The notes below the pieces were generated by a model. That model did no database searches. It had not been told where the DNA came from and saw only the letters and a program-made list of their open reading frames with translations. Made by a program: the position numbers and the translations under genes. DNA of 64,000 nucleotides from Candidatus Poribacteria bacterium (lineage in GTDB: Bacteria > Poribacteria > WGA-4E > PCPOR2b), in NCBI GenBank assembly GCA_965207975.1, contig OZ242315.1, forward strand, positions 6,203,424 through 6,267,423, written 5' to 3'. Positions 40,242 to 51,273 of this stretch are shown here, one piece after another (position 1 is the stretch's first letter; the number at the start of each line of letters is the position of its first letter).

Positions 40242-40814
40242 ATGGCATCTGAATCGGAAAAAATTGAAACACCCACGGAGAGTGGAAAAGCAAAAACGGA
40301 GAGGACAATCACTCCCATTCAGGTAACCCATCCGGAACATGTTGAGCCTGAAACGATCCGCCTATTCCGGGAACCGCCGTGGGTATTGCGGTTGACTATT
40401 AAGGGCGATCGTTCCTACCTCAAGGTTCGAGTGGTGTGTGCTGCCCCATTATCTCAACCCGATCGATACATCTGCTTTCTTGACGAAAAGAATGAGGTAA
40501 TCTGTACAGTCGAAGATCCGATTGATTTAGACGAGGTGTCTCAGCGGCTGATCAAAGAAGAGCTTGAGCAGCGATATATGACCGCTATTATCAAGCGGGT
40601 CGACTCGCTCAAGAGTGAGTTTGGTGTGTCCTATTGGGAGGTCCAGACTGACCGAGGGGACAGAGAGTTTGTCGTGCGGAATGTATCTGAGAACGCACAG
40701 TGGATTACAGATCGCCGGCTGCTGTTGCTTGATGTAGACGGCAATAGGTTCGAGATCTCCAACTTAGAGGTTCTTGATAAAAAGAGCCGCGGACTAATCG
40801 AAATGGTGTTATAG
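40242..40814 (+). CDS. DUF1854 family protein
   Basis: AAPLSQPDRYI, WEVQTDRG, DVDGNRFEI; follows ABC transporter. Confidence 0.8.
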   Translation: MASESEKIETPTESGKAKTERTITPIQVTHPEHVEPETIRLFREPPWVLRLTIKGDRSYLKVRVVCAAPLSQPDRYICFLDEKNEVICTVEDPIDLDEVSQRLIKEELEQRYMTAIIKRVDSLKSEFGVSYWEVQTDRGDREFVVRNVSENAQWITDRRLLLLDVDGNRFEISNLEVLDKKSRGLIEMVL

Positions 40815-41019
40815 AATGCGAAGACTATTCAGGTGATGAAAGTTTCAGTGAACCTTGACTAGTCCTCATTGAACATTAGCATCACCCCGCCTTGCCCTCG
40901 GTGGGGAAACGCTCAACTTGTGGGGGCGTAGAGAAAAATTATGAATTACAAACAGAAGTTAGGTTATACAGGTTCGGCGGGATGCCGGATGACGATTCTG
41001 ATGAAAGAGGAGGATAAAG

Positions 41020-42003
41020 ATGTCTGAAGAACGGAGGCATGACCTACACCACTTCATGCAGCAGCTGAGTACTGCAATGGATAAAAACTATGAATATCTT
41101 AAAACGCGGGTAGGCGAGGATCCAGGGACTACCGGAGACCAAGCAGAGATACATTGGGCTAAGTGGTTGAGTCGCTGGCTTCCGCCGACCTATAAAGTTG
41201 TCACTAAAGGGCGAATCATCAACCAAAATGGGGAAGCAAGTCCACAAGTTGATGTTTTAGTTCTAAAGAGTTTTTACCCGAAGGAGTTGCATACCAACAA
41301 ACATTATCTCTCTGCAGGTGTCGCTGCCGCGTTTGAATGCAAAACCACGCTAGAGGCACGGTATATTAAAGAGGCGACTCAAATCTGTGTAGAAATCAAA
41401 AACTTGTATCGAAATCGAAAAGAAACTCCCGACAAAGAAACTCCTTACAGGGAATTGCACACTCCCATTGTTTATGGGTTGTTAGCACACTCCCATATTT
41501 GGAAGGGCGAGGGGGCAACACCTGAAGATAATATCACACGAAATCTATCAGAGTCAGATGTTTCGTATGTTTCACACCCTCGCCTTGGGCTCGATTTTCT
41601 CTGTGTCGCGGATTGTGGCACATGGGTTTTGTCTAAGTTTCCGTTTAGTTATGGATCTCAATCGGTTCTGCCTCCAGAACTTCAAGATGGAGTAGATAGT
41701 GGACATCTTCCACATACTCCTTTTCTTGAACAAGAAACAGAGGATTTCACTCCTATTGGTTCTTTTTATGCTAATCTCATGGAACGACTCGCATGGGAAG
41801 ACCCAACATTGCGCGATATTGTTGATTACTTACGAGCCACAAAAATCGGTGGAGAGGGTGGCGGACAACTTCGTAGATGGACTTTTGACATACTCAGTGA
41901 TGCTGTTCAAAAACAGATAAGAGAAGGTCGCAGACTATCAAACGACCCTTTGAGTTGGGATGAATGGAAAAATAATTTCGGCATTCGTATGCAGGTCCAT
42001 TAA
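41020..42003 (+). CDS. DUF6602-like protein, putative PD-(D/E)XK nuclease fold
   Basis: GDQAE..W..WLP, SPQVDVLV, AAFECKTTL; GAGGAGG RBS. Confidence 0.7.
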   Translation: MSEERRHDLHHFMQQLSTAMDKNYEYLKTRVGEDPGTTGDQAEIHWAKWLSRWLPPTYKVVTKGRIINQNGEASPQVDVLVLKSFYPKELHTNKHYLSAGVAAAFECKTTLEARYIKEATQICVEIKNLYRNRKETPDKETPYRELHTPIVYGLLAHSHIWKGEGATPEDNITRNLSESDVSYVSHPRLGLDFLCVADCGTWVLSKFPFSYGSQSVLPPELQDGVDSGHLPHTPFLEQETEDFTPIGSFYANLMERLAWEDPTLRDIVDYLRATKIGGEGGGQLRRWTFDILSDAVQKQIREGRRLSNDPLSWDEWKNNFGIRMQVH

Positions 42004-43086
42004 AAGGGGTGAAAATATCCGGTAATTATCCACACATATTATTACGGTATGAAATGTTTATAAGCCCCGCCCCTATTACTCGGAATAAAATAAAGAATCA
42101 ATCCCACCACAAGCCCCAAGTATCAGATGTTCATAGATACCACCTATATTTGCAATAAAACCAAGAAATGCTTCAGCGGTGATTGGGGAAACAACTGTAT
42201 ACCTTCCATATCTTGATTTATGCTTAGCACCCTAACTCCTTTTATGGGTTACAAACCGAGCAGGGGGAATACGATTTTTCAGCCACTTCTAGTGTGAGGG
42301 GTTTTTTGCCTCCCCTCAAATGTTTGCAACCATCGCGATGATATTTCAATCCTCTTTCCGTAACATAAACAGGCGCAAAAGGCCAATTGACTGTACCTCT
42401 TTCTTTGCGTGCCTTGAAGGGATCTTTGACAATATGTTTCTTTTTTTCTTCCTCCACCTTCGATTTTTCATCTTCCCAGTTTTCAAGCCTTTTCTTAGTG
42501 TATTCTACATACTCAGATGAAATGTCCATGCCAATAAAGTGATGACCAAGAATCTTTGCTGCGACTAGAGTTGTTCCCGTACCACAGAACGGATCAAGTA
42601 TGATCTTTTTAGAATCGCCGGGCATAGAGTAAATAGCACGCACAGGTAATTCAATAGGAAATGGAGACGGATGCCAATCAGTTCTTTTAACAGGCTTGAT
42701 CCTCCAAATAGATGAAATTTTAGCGTGCCGTGATTCTAATTCCTCACCAACTATGTGTTTTTTGATAGGACGATACAACCAATAAATCCGTTCATCAACC
42801 TGAAAGAATCTCCAACCTCGGAGATTACTTGCTAATAGACGATCCCATATTATCTCCTGACGCAAAGCCCAATCTGATTCTGATACCCAGGTGTAAGGGT
42901 GTATCAATTTACCCTTGTCCCATCGAATTTTGTGATTATAAAAAAGTGAACCTCCCGGTTTTGTCACCCGAAATAATTCGTTTAACACATTAATCTGCCA
43001 AGCTTGATAATCTTCCTCCTGCATATAGTCATCGAAGTCGGTATAGGTGTACTGCCCGCGTTAATTAGGGCCATAAATCGCCAAAT

Positions 43087-43935
43087 TTAAGCCAAGAGTT
43101 GTTGTTCAAATTCAACGGGCGTTAAATAGCCTAACGCTGAATGAGGTCTCTTGTGATTATACACTTGTAAAATAAAATGCTCAATTCTGGTTCTTGCGTC
43201 GATAATATCATCGTATTCATTGAGATGGACCTCTTCCTCTTTGAGGGTTCGTATGAGTCTTTCGGCATAGCCATTGTCCCAAGGTCGTCCTCTATGGGCT
43301 AAAGAAATCTTAATCCCATGGCTGATGAGCGTCGACACATAAGCCGTCGAAAGGTACTGAACCCCTTGGTCGCTATGGTGAATCTCCGGAACACTTTGGG
43401 TTAATGCGTGTTGCAAGGGTCTCAAGGTGAGCGGTTGTGTCAAGTTTAGGCTCACCTGCCAGCCTCTGACCATTCGCGTGAATACATCCATTAACACCGA
43501 CACATAGATGAATTGTCCCTTGAGTCGAACATAGGTAATATCACCGACCCACACCTGATTGCGTCGACAGATGTCAAGGTTCTCAATTCGATTCACCCAT
43601 TGACCTAACCCCGCAACCGATTGGGTGGTTTGGCACGCACGGTTGATGGGGATTGAAAGATTTTGCTCTTGCATCAATCGGGCGATCCGGGTGGTGCCAA
43701 CGTCATATCCCATACGCTTCAGCAACTGGGTGATACGTCTATAGCCGTATGTAGGATACCGGGCAGACAGTTTCTCTATCTCATCTCGTAACTGTTGTTC
43801 AGAAGGGTCTGTTTTCGGTTGATAATAGAGACTGCTCCGATTGAAACCGAGAACCTCACAAATCTGTCGAACCGAGTAATCGGTCTGCAACGCCTGAACT
43901 ATCTGTTGTTTTTGTGACCGATTCAACTGAGCCAC
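43087..43935 (-). CDS. IS3 transposase OrfB (integrase core)
   Basis: YGYRRI, WVGDITY, HHSDQG, NGYAER, YNHKRPHSALG. Confidence 0.93.
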   Translation of the reverse strand: MAQLNRSQKQQIVQALQTDYSVRQICEVLGFNRSSLYYQPKTDPSEQQLRDEIEKLSARYPTYGYRRITQLLKRMGYDVGTTRIARLMQEQNLSIPINRACQTTQSVAGLGQWVNRIENLDICRRNQVWVGDITYVRLKGQFIYVSVLMDVFTRMVRGWQVSLNLTQPLTLRPLQHALTQSVPEIHHSDQGVQYLSTAYVSTLISHGIKISLAHRGRPWDNGYAERLIRTLKEEEVHLNEYDDIIDARTRIEHFILQVYNHKRPHSALGYLTPVEFEQQLLA

Positions 43936-44207
43936 GTCGAGGCTTTTTTTTGGATGTCTAACGCTATAGTCAACCGTCCGACCAGCTGTTCCAGTTGAGC
44001 AATCTGTTCGTTATGGTCATTAGATTGCTTGTCAGTCGATTCAAACAAACTCGCCGCGTTGTCAACCAACTGGTGTTTCCACTTCGACAGTTGGTCTGCA
44101 CTGAGGTTGTGTTTGCGACACAACTCGGCTTGAGAACTTTGACCGCTCAGTGCCTCAATGACCACTTCTGCCTTAAATTGGGGCGTGAATCTTCTACGTT
44201 TTGCCAT
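43923..44207 (-). CDS. IS3 transposase OrfA; AAAAAAG slippery site near 43943-43951
   Basis: RRFTPQFKAEVV HTH; overlaps OrfB. Confidence 0.92.
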   Translation of the reverse strand: MAKRRRFTPQFKAEVVIEALSGQSSQAELCRKHNLSADQLSKWKHQLVDNAASLFESTDKQSNDHNEQIAQLEQLVGRLTIALDIQKKASTWLS

Positions 44208-45485
44208 CGGAAAGCTCCTTTCGATTAGATTGATATTCTATCACAATCTTGGTTTAGACAGTGGCCCTAATTTCCGATGGCAGTACAAGGCATTGTTTGA
44301 AACGAGCCAACCATTTCTTTGTTTTCCTTTGTTGTAGGGAGGAGAAGTAACGGTTATATCAACAGAAAAATCAGGGAGTTTCTTTAATTCTGCCAGAACA
44401 TCTCCTGCAATAACTTCATTTAATGGTAATTTGTGAGTATTCATTCCTTTCAATACTTTCTGGTTTACTGAGTTTGATTGATTATTTTGTAAAACGAGTA
44501 AGTTCGTTTACTAATTTTCCCATTGAGACATTCACTAACACATCTTCGCCTTTTATAAGTATCGCATTATTCGTTTTACCAGACAGATACTTAATAGCGT
44601 CTCTGATTTCATCAGATGTAATATTATTAAAAGGATCATAACGGGACACTTCTACTCTTATCATTTCAATATTACGAGTTTTATCAATTATGCGTTTCTC
44701 AAGATCCCGGATAGATTTCAGAATTGTCTGATAAAGCAATTTGCTTTTTAAAGGTTGAGAAGCAATCTCCTCCAATCTTGTTGTGACATCATGTGGGCTA
44801 AAGTGATTAAGTACAATATCTAACAGATCTGTTGCATGGAATTGGCGTGATTCTGCATCTTCAACAAATTTTGCAAGTTGTTCCACTGTCCAACATGAGA
44901 TTTTCAACTGATTTGCTCGTTTTGCAGCCTCATTGTCTGGTCTAGTTTTGCCCGGGTAATCAGGTGCAACGAGTAAACAGCCATCGGCATTGTTTTCTAT
45001 CTTATGACTGTTTAAAGCTCCAAAACCAATCGAGACTAAGGATGGAACATCTGCAGAGGATTTCGCTTCAAGTATGATCTTTTTTTCGCCGCCTGGTTGA
45101 TTCAGCCTTGCCATACCATCAGGTTCACTAGAACGCCCCATGTGTGTTGCGTCAAAACCCAGCGCACGTACAGCGACAACAATCATATTTTCAAGATCTT
45201 TCGCGTTAGATGCGGCATCTCTCAGAAATTGAGCAATTGCTGGATTTGCATACGTTTCTGCTTTAATAAGTTTCCGCAAGAGAGCATCCCGTTTTTCCAG
45301 CACACTGCCAATGAGACGAGCCGGTATTTTTTTCTCTCTAAGATAAATCTCAAGCAGAGCTTCCGCGGTCGCAAAATCTTCAAGTAAGCGTTTTGAGTCT
45401 TGATTATTATCAATTGCGTATTCTAGGACAAGCTCATGGTCTAGGTTTAGCCAAAACGTTGAAGTTTGTGGATTGAATTTGACTA

Positions 45486-46351
45486 GGTAGTGTTTACATT
45501 TTTTTAGCAGTGATAAGTAAAGCTGCGAAATAGACGAATCCGAGGTATCGGTTTGCATATTTATCATATCGGGTGGCAACCCTGCGATACTGCTTCAACC
45601 GATGGAAAAAACGCTCTATAATGTTGCGACGTTTATACACCTCTTTATCATAAGGCCGATCCTCAACGCGGTTGTTGCGCGGCCTTATCACCGCCACCGC
45701 CCCTTGGGCAACAATCATTTCTCGCAGCGCATCGGCGTCATAAGCCGCATCGGCAACAATGTATTGGCACGTGTAGCCGGTAATCAATGCCGGGGCTTGT
45801 GTCACGTCATGACACGCACCCGCTGTCAAGGTAAAACGCAAAGGAACAAACGCATCATTCACCGCAGCATTGAGTTTCGTGGTAAAGCCGCCTCGGCTCC
45901 GACCGAGTGCTTCTGATTGCTGACCTCCGTTTTTTTTGGGGCACCCGCTGCAGCAGCATGTGCCCGCACAATCGTTGAATCAATGAGGAGTGCCGAGAAT
46001 GCACCCGCCTCATGGAAATGTTCATGGAGTTTTTCAAAGACCCCGGCATCGCACCATCTGCCGAAGCGTCTATAGATGGCATTCCAATATCCGTAAACTT
46101 TCGGCAACGACCGCCAAGTCGCCCCTTCTTTTGTTATCCAGATGAGTGCCGAAAGGAAACGTCTACAATCTTCAGGGGCCCCGACATAGACGTTTGGCAA
46201 TGTTTGCAAAAACGGGTGTATGCTCTGCCAAGCTGCATCACTAAGCATCACAGGAAAGTCTTGAGGGGCATCTATCTGTTGAGTTTTCATGCAAGACAGT
46301 TTACAAAGACTTACTTAAAATGTCAATAACTTACACAATGTAAACACAACC
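45486..46351 (-). mobile_element. IS5 family insertion sequence (IS427-like organisation)
   Basis: IRs ggtagtgtttacatt / aatgtaaacacaacc; inserted in CTAG with TA duplicated. Confidence 0.93.
45494..46290 (-). CDS. IS5 transposase (two ORFs joined by frameshift at the A8 run, 45930-45937)
   Basis: GATWRSLP, IDSTIVRAH, GRSRGGFTTK, ADAAYD, RNIIERFF, ATRYDK. Confidence 0.9.
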
Positions 46352-47953
46352 TAGTCTCTCAGTACGTCCATTCTCCCGGTATTCATAGCTGAGTTCTCGG
46401 CGAGAGTTGGTTGTATACAATGATTGTATCAATTCATTAAATTCACTAGTATCGGTATCAATTTGTTCAAGATAAAAAAAATCCTCATCTGCTTCAGTAC
46501 CTTGTGAATCCATTTTCTGACTAGATAAGACATTGGCAGTAGGATGCTCTATGTCGCGTGGAGCAAAGATTGTCCTCTTGCCTTCTTTGGGTTGCTTCTG
46601 TGAAGACTCGCGATCTCTCTTCCACCTTGCAAACCTTGAATTGGCTTCATTGAAAATTTCCCTCAACAGTCTTTGAAAAGCAGATTTTGTAGGCGAGTGC
46701 TCAACTGTTTCGCGTGATACCTTTAGACCTTCATCTAAGTCGTCAGCTTGAATTTCTGCTCGCATACGATTGGTAATTTCGTAGGTCATTGGAGATACAC
46801 CGAAAAGCGGGTCCTCTTCGTTAATAAGTCTTCCGCGAACACGAATAAAGAACCCGTGACTTCTGGCAAGCTGGTCGCTCTTACCTCCATAAATAGTTTT
46901 CTCGGTAATTTTTACCGTGCCAGTTATCCCCGATATAAAGGAATTTGATTTAAGACTGTCACCTTCGACAAAAAAACATTCGCCCGTATCTTCTTGTATG
47001 GATTCGATTCGTTCCTTCGGTAGATCTTTCAGATCAAACATTACGATTGCTTCACGATCTTCTTTGGAACTTTGTATCTCCTGTCCATTCAAATAAAGGT
47101 GGAAAGAAGTACCTAGCGGCATTGCCGTACTAAGTACCCACTGTAGCCTCTTGCTTGTTATCTTTCGAGCTTTGTCCTTCAAATCTTCCAAAATTGCAAT
47201 TGTCCATGATTTACTCTTAAAGAGTGTTTCTGGATTGAGATTAATTTTCTGTAAAATTTCTGGCATGTATAAATCATTGAAAAATTTATCCCAATCATTG
47301 ATGTCTCGAACAGGTAAATTAATAGAATAATTTTCTCTTGTAGACGGAGATGAAAAATCTCTGAAATCCATTGTTACTGCAAGAATCTCGTCTTGCCGAC
47401 TCCGGCTTATGTAAGTTAATCGGTTTGCAAGTGCATAAGCAGCAAGTTTCCCTATACCGAATTTACCAATCTGCTTGTGTTTCCGCTTTGATTGAATCTC
47501 CTGCGTTCTTTTATTGCTTTGACCAATTTTCCATAAGTCAACTAAATCACTACGATTCATACCCACTCCATCATCAAATACTAGTGCAAAGTTCTGGTCA
47601 GAATGACTAGGTAGTGGGACATACACTCGACACTCTGATGCGTCAGCATCATAAGCATTAACAACTAGTTCTTCTATTGCTTTAATAGGTGATTGATATA
47701 ACTCTTCTGATACTAGGTTAAGCAGTTCATACGAAGTTGACACTTGGATGCGTTTATCCAATTCATCGAAACTATCAATTGCGTTTGCAATCAGAATTGA
47801 TGATTGATTCATATTTTTCCCCAATCTAAGAAAAAGGCTAATGTGGCGGTCGCGTCTCTGCCTGATAGATCGTCCTTCCGTTGAGGTTCAGTAGATTGTG
47901 TAGATTTTGCTAGACGCTAAACAACGGATTATTCTCAAAATAATCTTCCTACC

Positions 47954-47988
47954 ATCAGGACTGCTTGTCTCCTCCAAGCAGTCCTGAT
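47954..47988. terminator. Strong hairpin upstream of the ATPase-nuclease gene; role unknown
   Basis: atcaggactgcttg / caagcagtcctgat 14-bp stem. Confidence 0.4.
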
Positions 47989-48327
47989 AGCATCTTTTTG
48001 CTGTCTGAACCCTTCAGTGATTTTATGCAAATCCACATCAAATGACACGTCGATCGTTTCTTCCAAGGACACTAGGTTCGCTCTACATGCAGCAGCAAGG
48101 CGCGTTATAAATTAGCCACCGCAAATAAAATAGGGAAGTTGGCTTGACGAGCCTATCCATCAAGAAACTCAACAAATGGATATGAATATAATAAAGTATA
48201 ACGCAAGTTGCCACCTGATACCCAATTAACTAAACTCCTATTATTTTCCATCTTGGATTTCCACTATGCTACTCTACAGGAAAACTGATGGATTTTTAAT
48301 AAGTGGCAACTTAGGTTATATCACGTT

Positions 48328-51273
48328 TCACGCTTCACGTACCGCATCAGCCAAAACTTCAATCAGATGCCTTGCCTCTTTGCCCGTTCCCTGCTTGACC
48401 TGCTCACGGCAAGAGACTCCCGCAACAGCTACCTCAAAATCGCCATCCTTCTCATTGATCGCTTTGAATAGTTGACGCTCACCAACCTGCATTGATACGT
48501 CGTAGTGTTCGGCTTCATAACCGAATGAGCCCGCCATACCGCAACATCCAGAATCGACGACATTGACATTATAACCCGATGGTAAACTCAGAACCTGTTC
48601 GGAAGGTTTCACACCGACAATAGCTTTCTGGTGGCAATGCCCGTGCAACAGGATCTCTTTCTGTATATCTTGAAACTCCAGATCCAGTTCTCCTTTCTCG
48701 TGGAGGGAGAGTAGGAACTCCTCAAGCATAAATGTGTGTTGTGCGACGAGATCTGTATCCGCGCCTGGGATAAGATCCACATAATCGTCGCGCAACGCCA
48801 AGAGGCAGCTCGGTTCGCAGCCGACGATGGGGATGCCTTGGGTGGCGTAAGGTAGGAGGCGTTCAACGTTGTAACGCGCATTCTCAATCGCGTCCTCAAG
48901 CATACCCTTAGAAATCATCGGACGGCCACAACACCGCTTTTCTGGCAGAATCACCTCGAATCCCGCAGCTTCAAGCACAGCGGTGGCAGCTTTGCCGATG
49001 CTGGGGTAGTTGTAGTTCATGAAGGTATCGTGGAAAAGGACAACCTGCTTCCGTGTTTCGTTCCTGTGGTCGGTGTGAGAATCCTGATGTTTCTGAAACC
49101 ATTTCTCGAACGTTTCACGGACAAAGTTGGGCAGCGATCTGCGTCGATCGATTCCGGTAAACTTTTCCATCGCCCATTTAGAGATACCGCTGTTCATGAA
49201 CCAATTCGACATCGGTGCAAACGCGGAGCCGATCTCGCTAAGTTCGGCGATATTGCCGAACAGACGGTTCCGCAGGGGCAGACCGTTTGCCTTATAGTAG
49301 TGAGCGAGAAATTCGTACTTCAACTTCGCCATATCCACGTTGGACGGGCACTCCGCCTTACAGGCTTTACACTCCAAGCAAAGGTCTAAAACCTCGTAGA
49401 GCCGTTCCCCCGTAAAGTGATCATGCGGCAACGTTCCAGAGAGCACGTTTCTTAGTGCATTTGCGCGACCACGGGTTGAGTGTTCCTCTTCCAGCGTTGC
49501 CATGTACGAGGGACACATTGTACCGGTCAGTTTCTTGCGACATGCACCAACGCCGTTACACATCTCAATGGCACCGCCGAATCCCCCTTGACTGGAGAAG
49601 TCGAAATAGGTGTCGATCTTGATTGCGTTGTATGTGGGTCCAAAGCGCAAGTTTTCCGTCATCGGTGGTGGGTCGATAATCTTGCCGGGATTCATGATGC
49701 CCGTCGGATCGAATGCGGCTTTGACTTCGCGGAACGCCTGATTAATCTGAGGTCCGAACATGCTCTCGATCCATTCACTTCGTACAAGCCCATCGCCATG
49801 CTCACCACTCATCGCACCGCCGAGTTCCATCAGTAGATCTCGGACGTGCGCCGCGATGGAGTGCATTTTCTGAATATCTTCTTCCTTTTTAAGGTTAATT
49901 ACGGGACGGTTATGCAATAATCCGACGCTGGCGTGGGCGTAATAGGAAGCCGTTGTATCATGATCGGCAACAATCTTTTCAAATCGGCGGACGTACTCCG
50001 GCAGATTTTCGATCGAAACTGCTGCGTCCTCCACGAAGCCGACCGGTTTATAGTCGCTTCGTGCACCCATAAGCAAACCTAATCCCGCTTTCCGCGTGTC
50101 CCATACCCGTGTTTTCTCCTCCGCTGTCATGCAGCGCACAAAGGCGTAGCCGAGTCCGACAGATTTCATCTTTCGTTCGAGGGCATCCAGTTGATCAAAC
50201 AGTTCGTCTTCCGATTCGCCGTAGAATTCCACCGCGAGAATCGCTCCCGGGCTGCCTTGGATAAAGGTGCTGATCCGAGAAAACTCCAACGACTGTTTTG
50301 TCATATCAATGATAGTTTTGTCGATGAGTTCAACGGCGGTGGGGTTGCATTCGAGGATCGGTTGCATCGCCTCCATCGACTCGATTAACGTGTGAAAGTG
50401 AATCACATTAAGCGCGGTCATCTTGGGGGTTGGGACAAGATTAATCTTCGCTTCGACCGTTGTTGCAAGCGTTCCCTCTGATCCGACGATAATTCTCGCG
50501 AGGCTGAAGGGATGGTCAGGGTCGCAGCCATCTCTGCGGTAGGGGGTTAGATCCCTTGATCCTGCATTGGGGACATATTCATCAAGGTTGTATCCAGCAA
50601 CACGCCGTAGGACCCGCGGGAACTGTTTCCGGATCTCATCTTCGTTTTCCGATGCGATTCGACATATCTCCCGATAGATATGGCTTTCGCGGGAGTCGCC
50701 CCGCTGCTTGGCAGCAAGTTCATCGATCGAGATGGGTTCAACAAAAATTACTTCCCCGTTGGATAGCCGCAGATCCAGCGACATCGTGTGATCAATGGTT
50801 TTACCGTAAATTAGGGAATGTGCTCCTGCTGAATTGTTGCCGATTGTGCCACCGATATTTGCCCGACTGCTCGTCGCCACGTCGGCGGAATACATTAGAT
50901 TATGCGGCTTCAGGTACTCGTTCAATTCGTCTATGACGACCCCCGGTTGCACCCGTGCCCAGTGCTCCTCGACGTTGACCTCGATAATCTCGTTCATGTA
51001 CTTGGACATGTCGATGACAATTGCTTGGCCCACCGTCTGTCCTGCCAAACTGGTTCCGCCGCCGCGAGGCAGAATTGGCAAGTCACGGTCATAAGCGATC
51101 TGGATTGCCCTAGTCACGTCCTCTTTGTGTCGTGGGATAACAACGCCGATGGGCTCCATCTGGTACAGGCTTGCATCGGTGCTGTATAGGACTTTGGAAT
51201 ACGGATCAAAGCGCACCTCACCTTCGATCTCTTTTCTTAGTACCTGTTCCAGTTCATTAGGGGAATTGTTCAT
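48328..51273 (-). CDS. FAD-binding and (Fe-S)-binding oxidoreductase (YdiJ/GlcDF-like)
   Basis: RGGGTSLAGQ, GSEGTL, SGEHGDG, CNGVGAC, CLECKACKAECP, CCG motifs. Confidence 0.93.
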   Translation of the reverse strand: MNNSPNELEQVLRKEIEGEVRFDPYSKVLYSTDASLYQMEPIGVVIPRHKEDVTRAIQIAYDRDLPILPRGGGTSLAGQTVGQAIVIDMSKYMNEIIEVNVEEHWARVQPGVVIDELNEYLKPHNLMYSADVATSSRANIGGTIGNNSAGAHSLIYGKTIDHTMSLDLRLSNGEVIFVEPISIDELAAKQRGDSRESHIYREICRIASENEDEIRKQFPRVLRRVAGYNLDEYVPNAGSRDLTPYRRDGCDPDHPFSLARIIVGSEGTLATTVEAKINLVPTPKMTALNVIHFHTLIESMEAMQPILECNPTAVELIDKTIIDMTKQSLEFSRISTFIQGSPGAILAVEFYGESEDELFDQLDALERKMKSVGLGYAFVRCMTAEEKTRVWDTRKAGLGLLMGARSDYKPVGFVEDAAVSIENLPEYVRRFEKIVADHDTTASYYAHASVGLLHNRPVINLKKEEDIQKMHSIAAHVRDLLMELGGAMSGEHGDGLVRSEWIESMFGPQINQAFREVKAAFDPTGIMNPGKIIDPPPMTENLRFGPTYNAIKIDTYFDFSSQGGFGGAIEMCNGVGACRKKLTGTMCPSYMATLEEEHSTRGRANALRNVLSGTLPHDHFTGERLYEVLDLCLECKACKAECPSNVDMAKLKYEFLAHYYKANGLPLRNRLFGNIAELSEIGSAFAPMSNWFMNSGISKWAMEKFTGIDRRRSLPNFVRETFEKWFQKHQDSHTDHRNETRKQVVLFHDTFMNYNYPSIGKAATAVLEAAGFEVILPEKRCCGRPMISKGMLEDAIENARYNVERLLPYATQGIPIVGCEPSCLLALRDDYVDLIPGADTDLVAQHTFMLEEFLLSLHEKGELDLEFQDIQKEILLHGHCHQKAIVGVKPSEQVLSLPSGYNVNVVDSGCCGMAGSFGYEAEHYDVSMQVGERQLFKAINEKDGDFEVAVAGVSCREQVKQGTGKEARHLIEVLADAVREA

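Larger units (their letters stand above)
43048..44287 (-). mobile_element. IS3 family insertion sequence
   Basis: TG...CA ends, IRs tgtactgcc..attagggcca / tggccctaat..ggcagtaca; 3-bp target duplication AGG. Confidence 0.95.
42242..44444 (-). pseudogene. Beta-class amino-DNA methyltransferase with C-terminal His/Cys metal-binding module, interrupted by IS3
   Basis: TSPPYN in N-part; HPSPFP and DPFCGTGT in C-part; removing IS and one AGG gives in-frame NNAYTDFDDYMQEE. Confidence 0.92.
44482..47812 (-). pseudogene. GHKL (MORC/MutL-like) ATPase fused to a PD-(D/E)XK endonuclease, 820 aa when reconstructed, interrupted by IS5
   Basis: EELVVNAYDA, DDGVGM, GKFGIG; ALGF..EPDG..ILEAKS; removing IS rejoins TERL-VKFNPQ in frame (2463 nt). 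Confidence 0.9.

Noticed and set aside
45486-45579. N-terminus of the listed 365-aa ORF 44482-45579 as a separate gene start
   Set aside because: These codons lie within the IS5 end; the rest is the C-terminal half of the interrupted ATPase-nuclease.
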